A DNA stretch of 64,000 bases, from the NCBI GenBank assembly GCA_963760795.1, contig CAVXEP010000027.1, forward strand, positions 1-64,000. The letters are read 5' to 3'. This document shows, one piece after another, positions 31,190-39,728 of this stretch (positions within the stretch are counted from its first letter, which is position 1; each line of letters begins with the position of its first letter). The notes beneath the pieces were generated by a model that ran no database searches, was not told the DNA's origin, and saw only the letters and a list, made by a program, of their open reading frames with translations. This stretch comes from an uncultured delta proteobacterium (GTDB lineage: Bacteria; Desulfobacterota; Binatia; UBA9968). The translations under genes were made by a program, and so were the position numbers.

Positions 31190-32056
31190 TTACATCTTCT
31201 CCCACGAAATCAAAAACACGCCGATAATCACCAGCACCGTCGCGCCGATTTTTCTCGGCGTGAGTTTCTCGACATCTTTGAGGAGTAGTGCCGACAGCGG
31301 CAGGACGAAGAGCGACGAACCGTTGATCAGCGGCGAGATCAGCGAGACGCGTTCCATGCTCAAGGCGGTGTAGGCAAAGGCGTAGGAGAGAAAATTCAGA
31401 AAACCGGCGGCGGCGAAAAGCTGGTAGCCTTTGCGGGCTGTGGCTGGCAGCGGCTTTTTTTCTTCGAACAGCAAGTACAAGAGCGACATGGTGAGGAATG
31501 ACGTCGTGGCGGCGATGGTGGCGCCGACCAGCGGCGAATAGATTTTTAGCAACCCGAAGCGGACCATGTTGTCCCGAGCGGCGAAGAGAAAGGCGGCGGT
31601 GAGCGGATACAGCAGGTCGCGGCTGCGCCAGGTCTTGCTCGTGCCTTTCCAGCTGAGTGAGACGATGCCGACGACGATGGAAAACGTGCCTAATAGATTG
31701 GTCAGACTCGGCCGCTCTTGGAGAAACGACACGGCGAACAGGGTGGCGAAGAGCGGCGTGCTGTTGGTCAAACAGGAGGTAATCGACGCGCCGAGCCGTT
31801 CCATGCCTTTGAACATGAAAAAGCGCGCGATGCCGGGGACGAAGATACCGACGAGGACGAAAATCAGATTGGCGGGAAGCCACAGTTCGACGCGGTCGAC
31901 AAACAGCCAGATGAAGAGCCAGAGAAACAGCGCGTTGACGCCCAGGTTGGTGAGCAGGCCGCGAAAGTAATCGATGACGAGCACGCCGCGGTTGATCAGC
32001 ACCATCGACAGGGCGAACCAGAAGGAGGCTAATAAACCGAATATAATCGCGAGCAT
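31190..32056 (-). CDS. DMT/EamA family transporter
   Basis: 288 aa, ~10 TM, two EamA-like halves. Confidence 0.85.
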   Translation of the reverse strand: MLAIIFGLLASFWFALSMVLINRGVLVIDYFRGLLTNLGVNALFLWLFIWLFVDRVELWLPANLIFVLVGIFVPGIARFFMFKGMERLGASITSCLTNSTPLFATLFAVSFLQERPSLTNLLGTFSIVVGIVSLSWKGTSKTWRSRDLLYPLTAAFLFAARDNMVRFGLLKIYSPLVGATIAATTSFLTMSLLYLLFEEKKPLPATARKGYQLFAAAGFLNFLSYAFAYTALSMERVSLISPLINGSSLFVLPLSALLLKDVEKLTPRKIGATVLVIIGVFLISWEKM

Positions 32057-32213
32057 GATGGATTGCCGGTGACCTTATCCCGAGGTGGGTGCGGGTGCAA
32101 TTCAGGAAATTTGCCCGGTCGTTGCCGGTCGCTCAATTAAGATATAGCCTTCTCAAACGTCTAACATTATGCATTGCTACGCCGAAACCGAGGGTCCCGT
32201 AGGGAGGGCAGAA

Positions 32214-32630
32214 ATGAAACCGATTCTAAGCGCGATAACGATATTAGCTCTCGGGTTGGTCCTCGCGGGCGAGGTAGGCGCGGGACCGCGGCGGGCGATG
32301 GTCGCGCCGCGCGCCAACTCTGGGGTAACGTTCTTTTCCGGCGGCGCTTCTAATCGGGTTATTGTCCAGCGCCAATTTTATGGCGCTTATCCCTATTATT
32401 ATCAGCCCTATTCTCCTCCCGTGCTGGTGGTTTCTCCGTACGCCCCAGCTTACATCCTGCCGCCGGCCGTGGTGGTTACGGCGCCGTATTTCTGCGTGCT
32501 GCACAACGAAGGTTATGTCAGCCGGGTCGGTCTGCTCGATCATCTCGCCGGCACCCACAAGATTCCCCTTAACGCGGCGACAAGCCTATGTCCTGACGGC
32601 GGCGCGAGCTGCGTGTTTCCTTCTTATTAG
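32214..32630 (+). CDS. Hypothetical exported protein with Pro/Tyr-rich linker and C2H2-like motif
   Basis: MKPILSAITILALGLVLAGEVGA signal peptide after GGAGG RBS; CVLH-x12-H-x4-H near C-terminus. Confidence 0.65.
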   Translation: MKPILSAITILALGLVLAGEVGAGPRRAMVAPRANSGVTFFSGGASNRVIVQRQFYGAYPYYYQPYSPPVLVVSPYAPAYILPPAVVVTAPYFCVLHNEGYVSRVGLLDHLAGTHKIPLNAATSLCPDGGASCVFPSY

Positions 32631-32725
32631 ATTTCACGGTCGGCAGTTTTGTCATGTGTCGATCCTCGGTGGCGATTACGGTATAGGTTGAGGCACGTCT
32701 TTACGGCGAAGACGACCTCATAACC

Positions 32726-34105
32726 ATGGACCCACTGCGCGAAAAACTCATGAAGATAATCGAGCCGGAGCGTATTTCGACGAACGGCGAATATCTCGAC
32801 GAGCTTTCTTGGGACGCGCTGAGCGAAGGCCGTTTTCATCCGCACCATCAGCCGGAACTGGCGGCGCCCTTATGCGCCGTGGCGCCGGTTTCGACTGACG
32901 AGGTACAACAACTGGTTCGTTTCGCCAATCAAGAAAACTTGTCAATTGTTCCGTTCGGCGGCGGCTCGGGGTTGATGGGTGGTGCTCTGTCGGTTCGTTC
33001 TGGCATGGTTCTCGACCTGCGACGGATGAACCGTATTCTCGCCATCGATAGCGAGTCTCGTTGTGCACGCGTCCAGGCGGGGGCGGTGCTCGAAGCCGTC
33101 GATCTGGCGTTGAACCAAGCCGGCTTTATCTTGGGCCATGATCCCTGGACGGTGCCGGTGGCGACTATCGGCGGGGCGATTTCGACCAATAGCGTCGGTT
33201 ATCGAGCTGGCATTTACGGCTCCATGGGCGATCAAGTGTTGGGCATGGAGGCCGTCATGGCCAACGGCGAAATCTTACACACGCGGCCGGTGCAGAAACA
33301 CTCGGCGGGGTTGAATCTCAATTCTTTGCTCATCGGTGGCGAGGGTTGTTTCGGCATCATCACCGAAGCGACGATTCGCATCTTTCCGAAACCAGATACA
33401 AGGCTGTTTCGCGGCTATCTTTTCGCATCGTTCGAGCAGGGCTACGGGGCGATTCAAGAAATGTTTCAGCGGCGGCTCCGCCCGGCGCTGCTCGACTTCG
33501 GCGACGATGCGGAGAAGCATGGTGGCGCGATTCTTTACTTGGTCTTCGAGGGCAATCAAGAGTTGACCACCGTCGAGGAGAGACAGGCGGTAGCGCTGTG
33601 TCTTGCGCATGGCGGTAAGGAATTGCCCCGCAGCGATGCCGAGCAGTTTTGGCGCGATCGCCACGAGATTGCCAGGCGGTTTGCACGCAATCGCCGCCAG
33701 CGGCGCGAGCGCGGCCGGGATGGAATTTATCGCGATTGGATCCATGTCGCTCTGCCGAGTTCGAAAGTCCTGGCTTTCCGCAGCGCCGCCCAGGAGATCG
33801 TCGAGCGCCATGGTGTGCGTTTACAAGAAAGCGGCCTATGGGTGCAGCCGGAACTTTTCTCCATGCGGCTGGGGGCCGAAGATGGCGCCGTCGCTAACGC
33901 GCAACTGGCTTTGGAGGAGGCGATCGAAGAGCTTTTGCGCCTGGTTCAACAAATCGGCGGTTCGATGGAGTACACCCATGGCGTCGGCGTCAAACTTGCG
34001 CCGCTGATGGCCGAGGAGCATGGCTACGGCTTACAAGTGATGCGCCAGATTAAAAAACTTCTCGATCCCAACAGCATTCTCAATCCGGGGAAAATGGGCT
34101 TGTAG
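32726..34105 (+). CDS. FAD-binding oxidoreductase, VAO/PCMH family (GlcD / alkyl-DHAP synthase-like)
   Basis: PFGGGSGLMGG, ATIGGAISTN, GGEGCFGIITEAT, HGVG, LDPNSILNPGK. Confidence 0.88.
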   Translation: MDPLREKLMKIIEPERISTNGEYLDELSWDALSEGRFHPHHQPELAAPLCAVAPVSTDEVQQLVRFANQENLSIVPFGGGSGLMGGALSVRSGMVLDLRRMNRILAIDSESRCARVQAGAVLEAVDLALNQAGFILGHDPWTVPVATIGGAISTNSVGYRAGIYGSMGDQVLGMEAVMANGEILHTRPVQKHSAGLNLNSLLIGGEGCFGIITEATIRIFPKPDTRLFRGYLFASFEQGYGAIQEMFQRRLRPALLDFGDDAEKHGGAILYLVFEGNQELTTVEERQAVALCLAHGGKELPRSDAEQFWRDRHEIARRFARNRRQRRERGRDGIYRDWIHVALPSSKVLAFRSAAQEIVERHGVRLQESGLWVQPELFSMRLGAEDGAVANAQLALEEAIEELLRLVQQIGGSMEYTHGVGVKLAPLMAEEHGYGLQVMRQIKKLLDPNSILNPGKMGL

Positions 34106-34220
34106 CTTGACGTTCTTAAGCTTGGTCAATGTCTAACTTTCAGCGCCAGGAATTCTTGCGCCGACCGATTCTAAACGTTATTTTTTGCTTGAAGCTGCTC
34201 GCATTGCCGCTGGTGTGCCT

Positions 34221-35441
34221 ATGAAAAAATTGCTCACGCTGGTTTACGTCGGTCTGATTGTTTGGAGTTGTTCCGCCGCGCCGTATACGGGCCGCAGCCA
34301 GGTGATCTTGGTTTCCGAGGGCCAGGAAACCGCGCTCGGTGACGATGCCTACAAACATGTGCTGCGCGATAGTGTGATTACGCGCAGCCCGGACGCCGAG
34401 CGGATTGTGCGTAAAGTCGGTGAGCGCATCGCCGCGGTAGCGAATAAGCCCGATTACAAATGGGAGTTCACGGTGATCAACGATCCGGAGATGGTCAATG
34501 CCTTCGCTGTCCCGGGCGGCAAGGTCGCGGCCTATACCGGAATTTTCGCGCCAGCGCGGGATGAGGCGGGTTTGGCGGTGGTGCTTGGCCATGAGGTTGC
34601 CCATGCTTTGGCGCGTCATCCCGCCGAGCGCATGAGCCAAGGCATGCTGCTGCAATTGGGCGGTGTCGGTCTCGGAGTTGCGCTGGGAAAAAATCCGGCT
34701 ATGGCCAATCAAGTTTTGCAGGCTTACGGAATCATCGGCGGAGTCGGTGTGGCGTTACCATTTGGCCGTTCGCAAGAAACCGAAGCGGATCGCATCGGCT
34801 TGATTCTCATGGCCAAAGCGGGTTACGACCCGCGTGTCGCAGTGGACCTGTGGCAGCGTATGGAAACCATGGAAAAGAAGGATGGCGCGAAGGGGCGGCC
34901 GCCGGAGTTTCTTTCGACCCATCCCGGCTACGAAACCCGAGTGCAAAATATTCGTTCGTTTCTACCGGAAGCCTTGTCCTACTATCAGCCGAGCAACGCG
35001 CGACTCGAAACCCTGCCGTCGCCGGAATCATTGGACACGCCGGCGGCAAAGTCCGAGCGCGAACTGCTCAAGCGCATCGAGGCGATCAATCGCGCCGTCG
35101 AGCAGCAGAACGGTGAACGCGCGGTGGTTGAGGCCTTGGCTTACGAGTTACGGCTGAGTCCACAGTCACTGGTTCAGGAGCGGCAGCAACTCCAGACCGG
35201 TTATGGCCAGTACGCGGCGCTGCGAGGTGTTGCGTTTCTCGGCCGCAGTTCACTTAGCCGGGTCGCGGACGATTATCAACGTGGCCGGCCATGGTCGGAA
35301 GTCGCGTCCACTAACGGCACGCGGTTGAACGAACTGATGGTTTGGCTTGGCGAGGTGATTCGCACGACAAACAACTGGGGCAGCAACTGCAACGGCAACC
35401 AGGGCGGCCATCGACGCGCTATCGATGACCCATCGCTTTGA
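34221..35441 (+). CDS. M48 family zinc metallopeptidase lipoprotein with C-terminal extension
   Basis: Lipobox-like WSC, NAFAVPGGK, HEVAH, ETEADRIG, FLSTHP; last ~25 codons may be frameshifted. Confidence 0.88.
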   Translation: MKKLLTLVYVGLIVWSCSAAPYTGRSQVILVSEGQETALGDDAYKHVLRDSVITRSPDAERIVRKVGERIAAVANKPDYKWEFTVINDPEMVNAFAVPGGKVAAYTGIFAPARDEAGLAVVLGHEVAHALARHPAERMSQGMLLQLGGVGLGVALGKNPAMANQVLQAYGIIGGVGVALPFGRSQETEADRIGLILMAKAGYDPRVAVDLWQRMETMEKKDGAKGRPPEFLSTHPGYETRVQNIRSFLPEALSYYQPSNARLETLPSPESLDTPAAKSERELLKRIEAINRAVEQQNGERAVVEALAYELRLSPQSLVQERQQLQTGYGQYAALRGVAFLGRSSLSRVADDYQRGRPWSEVASTNGTRLNELMVWLGEVIRTTNNWGSNCNGNQGGHRRAIDDPSL

Positions 35442-35542
35442 CAAAGGCGGCGATTTTATATAAGAATTTCATTTAGGGGATCGTTGCCGGAGTGATCAGA
35501 AGAGCACCTAAACATATTTCCAATAAAATGCATTCCAAGTCT

Positions 35543-35573
35543 AAAAATGCACCCAACTGGGTGCATTTTTTTT
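35543..35573 (+). terminator. Intrinsic terminator-like hairpin 22 bp upstream of the zinc-ribbon gene
   Basis: AAAAATGCACCC-AACT-GGGTGCATTTTTTTT. Confidence 0.7.
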
Positions 35574-35594
35574 ATCTGAACGGGGGATTCGAAA

Positions 35595-36328
35595 TTGCAC
35601 GCGCAAATTGAAATCTTGGCTTCTCTGCAAACCGTCGATCGCGAGATCAAAGAGCAGACAGGATTGAAACAAGGTCTGCTGAGCGAACTCCATGCCAAGG
35701 AGCTTGATATCCAAGCCAAACGGAAGGAGGTGGATGCGCTGGTTGCTGCCGTTGCCGAGAAAGAAAAGCTTCGCGCTGAGAAAGACCGGGTGTTTCAGGA
35801 CGAAGGTAGGAAGGCGGTGGACAAGCGCATGCGCGTGAATCGCGTCAAGAACTCCAAGGAGCTCCAGGCGCTGCAACGGGAGATCGATCTTATGCGCTTG
35901 AGCAACGGCGAGCTCGAAGACGAACTGATCATGATCATGCAGGAGATCGACACGATCACGGCGAGCAAAACGGCCAAGGAAGCCGAAATGGCGGCTGCTC
36001 CAGGGGGCTTGGCAGAAACAGCAACAAGAACTTGGCGGACAAATCAGTCGTATCGATCAGGCGGTGACTGAGGCTCTCTCACGGCGCCAAAGCATCGCCG
36101 CCAATCTGGCACGCGACTTGATCTCGCGCTATGAGCTGATTTTTTCCCGGCGTAGCGGCACGGCCGTGGTGGAGATCGCCGGCGGTATCTGCCAAGGTTG
36201 CTTCATGAACATCCCACCGCAGATGAGCAATGAGATCAGTAGCAGCGATAAAATTCATATTTGCCCGAGCTGTCAACGCATCGTTTACATCAAGCCCGTC
36301 GGAGCTAGAAGAGGCCAAGTCAGCTTAA
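35595..36328 (+). CDS. C4-type zinc ribbon coiled-coil protein (DUF164 / CT398-HP0958-like), apparent frameshifts at ~35997 and ~36300
   Basis: LASLQTVDREI, KNSKELQALQREID, LEDELI, then CQGCFMNIPPQ..CPSCQRIVY. Confidence 0.85.
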
Positions 36329-36477
36329 CGGCTTCGCGGTTTAGTCCAACAATTTCCCGACTCATACTGGCGCGTCGCCGAAGGTTAGGATTCGGCAATA
36401 GTCCGCAGGCGATTCTATTTATCGATCGTTTACGATTAGCCGGGCTGGAGTGGATCTCCCGTAGCGGAATTAGACTA

Positions 36478-36880
36478 AGAGTGGGTGTTGATGGTCGATG
36501 GCGCGGCCCGTGGGAATCCGAGGCCGGCCGGTTGCGGCGCAGTTATTTTTACTGCAAACGGCACCGTGGCCAGGGAGCTAAGCCGCTATCTTGGTATACG
36601 ACCAATAATGTCGCGGAGAAGGTTGCTCTGCTGATGGGGCTTGAAGCCGTTGATCGAGCTCAAGCGCAAGCGAATCCCGTGCACAGCGATTTGCAACTGC
36701 TGGTGCGTCAATTCAGCGGCGAGTATCGGGTTAGGTAGCGAGAAGTTGCAGCTGCTCTATCAGCGCGCGACCGGTTTGTTGCGTCAGTTTGGTTCCTATC
36801 GTATCGTTCATGGGCGGCGGGAATTTAACCAAGTTGCCGACCGTCTAGCCAACCGCGGCACCGTCGATGCCGCAAGATGA
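36478..36880 (+). CDS. Ribonuclease HI family protein; heavily disrupted in this sequence
   Basis: Fragments VDG.., TTNNVAE, ALLMGLEA, SDLQLLVRQFSGEYRV, RREFNQVADRLANRG across frames; start not resolvable. Confidence 0.7.
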
Positions 36881-36884
36881 CAGA

Positions 36885-37260
36885 GCGTGGGCTAAAGTGG
36901 ATCAAGCGATCGCCTCCGCGCGAGCGGAGGAGGAAAGTCCGGACTCCATAGGACAGGGTGGCCGTTAACGACGGCTCCGAGCGATCGGGGGAAAGTACCA
37001 CAGAAAACGCACCGCCTGCCGCTACGGCGGCCGGTAAGGTTGAAAAGGCGAGGTAAGAGCTCACCGGTTCGCCAGCGATGGCGAACGCATGGCAAACCCC
37101 ACCTGGAGCAAGGCCAAATAGGAGGGTTGGGCGGTCCGCCCATAGCCCTCGGGTAAGGTCGCTCGATCCCTTGAGCAATCAAGGGACTAGATGAATGATC
37201 GCTGTGGCTGCTTTGCCAGCCATTACAGAATCCGGCTTACCGATCCGCTTTAGCCCACGC
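36885..37260 (+). ncRNA. rnpB: RNase P RNA, bacterial type A
   Basis: GAGGAAAGTCCGGACTCC, AGTACCACAGAAA, GGTAAGAGCTCACC, GGCAAACCCCACCTGGAGCAAGGCCAAATAG, ACAGAATCCGGCTTA; complementary ends form P1. Confidence 0.97.
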
Positions 37261-37499
37261 ATATTTGAGGACGCAGCTATAACCACCTCTTGCGTTGAAG
37301 GCGGCTTCGCTTCCTCTTTCCCTTGGTTCCCGCAGCTCAGACTCTAGCCATTCAATTATCTCTGATTTCACCAGGTTCTACGGATTTGTAATTCGGTCTG
37401 GCGGGATCAGCATTCCTGAGTCTATCAGTTCAGACCGGCATCCTAGCCAAGAACCGACAAAAAATCCCTGTAAAGTCGCAATGTTTTTCGATTTATTCA

Positions 37500-37553
37500 T
37501 TGACAGTTTCTTGGCTAAGGTTATAAAGTGGGCCAGTGACTTGCCATTGTGGG
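37500..37553 (+). promoter_or_regulatory. dcw promoter with MraZ-box-like GTGGG repeats
   Basis: TTGACA 37500-37505, TATAAA 37522-37527, GTGGG at 37528-37532 and 37549-37553 (21-bp spacing). Confidence 0.65.
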
Positions 37554-37591
37554 AGTAAAACCCATGGAAGGTCATTGCGGGGACGCCTTTT

Positions 37592-38050
37592 ATGTTTCGC
37601 GGCAGATACGATCACACCATCGACGGCAAGGGCCGATTGAGCATTCCGGCAAATTTTCGTCAGTGGCTTACTGCCAATGGTGAAAGCCAATTGATCGTCA
37701 CCAACAATAGTTTCAAAGATAAGAATTGCCTCGACGTGTATCCCTTCGGTGAATGGCAAAAATTGGAGCAGGAGATCTTACAGCAACAGAAAAATTCCGA
37801 TCCGGACATGTCGCATTTTCTAAACTTCTATTTGAGCTCCGCGACGCCATGTGAACTGGATGCCCATGGTCGGATTCTCGTTCCGGAAGACTTGCGAGAA
37901 TTTGCCGAGCTCAAGCGCGATGTTGTTTTGGTTTCAAGGCTGAAAAAATTTCAGGTGTGGGACAAAGCGAACTGGAAGGAAGTTTTTGCAGATTCCAAAG
38001 AGAAAATCGCGAATAACCCGGGTCTCATGCGCAGCTTGGGAATTCCATAG
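37592..38050 (+). CDS. mraZ: Division/cell wall cluster transcriptional repressor MraZ
   Basis: MFRGRYDHTIDGKGRLSIPANFR and ELDAHGRILVP repeats. Confidence 0.95.
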   Translation: MFRGRYDHTIDGKGRLSIPANFRQWLTANGESQLIVTNNSFKDKNCLDVYPFGEWQKLEQEILQQQKNSDPDMSHFLNFYLSSATPCELDAHGRILVPEDLREFAELKRDVVLVSRLKKFQVWDKANWKEVFADSKEKIANNPGLMRSLGIP

Positions 38051-38083
38051 GAGCGGCGCTTACCGGACAAAGGAGAGCAATGA

Positions 38084-38446
38084 ATGCTGGCGCGTAAGGC
38101 GATTCAAGATATCTCGGTCATCGATATCAGCGGCGATATCGACTTTCGGGAAATGATCCGCATCAAAGATACCATCGGTTCGTTCATCGAACATGATCGC
38201 ATCAAGGTGGTGCTCAATTTGCGGGCGGTGGACCACATCAACTACTTGAGCATCGGCGTTCTGCTTGAGCGGCTCAAGGCGCTGCGCAATGTCAACGGCG
38301 ATTTGAAACTTTCGGGCATGAGTCCGTTCTTGCGCGATATTTTCAGAGTCGTCGGCATGGACCGCTTTTTCGAAGAATACCACTCGCTCGAGGATGCTAT
38401 CGAAAGCTTCGACGACGATTGGGAGGGCGACGGCACCAGCCATTAA
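38084..38446 (+). CDS. STAS domain protein (anti-sigma factor antagonist-like)
   Basis: VIDISGDID, KVVLNLRAVDHINYLSIGVL, NGDLKLSGM, IFRVVGMDRFF; AGGAG RBS. Confidence 0.85.
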   Translation: MLARKAIQDISVIDISGDIDFREMIRIKDTIGSFIEHDRIKVVLNLRAVDHINYLSIGVLLERLKALRNVNGDLKLSGMSPFLRDIFRVVGMDRFFEEYHSLEDAIESFDDDWEGDGTSH

Positions 38447-38449
38447 GCT

Positions 38450-39377
38450 GTGTACGCTCATGTCTCCGTACTGGTGCGCGAGGTGATGGATTTTCTTCAA
38501 CCTGCGCCGGGCAAGCGTTACATCGACGGCACATTGGGCGGCGGTGGTCACAGTGAAGCGATTCTATCGGCGAGCGGCCCCGATGGCCAGGTATTGGGAC
38601 TGGACCGGGACGATGAGGCGGTCGCCGCGGCCAGTGAGCGGTTGAAGCGATTCGGCGCTCGGTTGACCGCGCGGCAAGCGAGTTTCGCCGACAGCCCGCG
38701 AGGTTCTCAGCGAGATCGGTTGGGACAAAGTTGATGGTGTTATTTTGGACTTAGGGGTTTCGTCGTGGCAAATCGATGCAGCGGAGCGCGGATTTAGTTT
38801 TCGCTTGGGCGGGCGCTTGGATATGCGCATGGATCGCCGGCAATCTCTCGACGCCTGCCGGCTGGTTAACACGGCCACGGTCGATGAGCTGATGCGAATA
38901 TTTCGGGCTTATGGCGAGGAGCCGCAAGCGCGGCGCATCGCCGAGCGGATCGCCGCCGAAAGAAAGCTCCGGCCCATCGAGAGTACCGATGAGCTGGCGC
39001 GCTTGGTTGAGCGGGTCAAAGGCGGCAGGCGCCGCGACCATCATCCGGCGACCCAGGTGTTTCAGGCGCTGCGCATCGCCGTGAACCAGGAGCTCGACCA
39101 GTTGGAACATTTTCTCGACGATGGTTTTGCCTTGCTTCGGCCTAACCGGCGCTTGGTGATTATTTCGTTTCATTCGTTGGAAGATCGTTTGGTGAAGAAT
39201 GCCTTTCGCAAATGGAGCCGCGCTTGTTTATGTCCGCCGCGGGCGCTGGTTTGCCAGTGCGGTTGGAGCCAGAAGGTGAAACTCTTAACCAAAAAACCGC
39301 TAGTGCCGGGCGATACTGAGACGGCGGCCAACCCGCGCGCCCGGTCGGCCAAATTACGCGCCGTCGAGCGCATTTGA
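38450..39377 (+). CDS. rsmH: 16S rRNA m4C1402 methyltransferase RsmH; apparent +1 frameshift at ~38693
   Basis: HVSVL, DGTLGGGGHS, DLGVSS, RGFSF, LDMRMD, FQALRIAVNQE, SFHSLEDR, NPRARSAKLR. Confidence 0.93.
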
Positions 39378-39386
39378 GTCACAGCC

Positions 39387-39728
39387 ATGGCAACTGCGGT
39401 TGAACTTGGAAATCAACGTTTCGCCCGCCCCAAGCGCGCACACCGCGCCGCTCAGGCGACGCGCCGGCACCGCCATTTGGGCGTGGCTTTACTCATCGTC
39501 ATGCTGCTCGGTATCGTGCTGGTCCATGTTTGGTTGCGTTTGCAGGTTGTCCATATGGGATACGTGCTCGCCACCGCGAGTAAGTTACAGAGCCGTTTGG
39601 AGCAGGAGAATCGCGAGCTCAAAGTCGAGCTGGCGACTTTGACGACGCGGGATCGGCTCAATGAGATGGCGCGCCGCCGTTTGGGTCTGGCAGCGCCGCA
39701 GAAAGGTCAGGTCATCGTTCTACCATGA
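39387..39728 (+). CDS. ftsL: Cell division protein FtsL
   Basis: Single TM plus coiled coil, position between rsmH and ftsI. Confidence 0.85.
   Translation: MATAVELGNQRFARPKRAHRAAQATRRHRHLGVALLIVMLLGIVLVHVWLRLQVVHMGYVLATASKLQSRLEQENRELKVELATLTTRDRLNEMARRRLGLAAPQKGQVIVLP

Noticed and set aside
36064-36738. Zinc-ribbon / RNase H fusion suggested by the 224-aa ORF
   Set aside because: The ORF passes through non-homologous sequence between the two domains; likely produced by indels
36825-37182. Minus-strand ORFs over rnpB
   Set aside because: Antisense translations of RNase P RNA
38450-39377. Programmed frameshift or split rsmH
   Set aside because: A single extra base at ~38693 without a slippery heptamer, in an error-rich zone; assembly error is simpler
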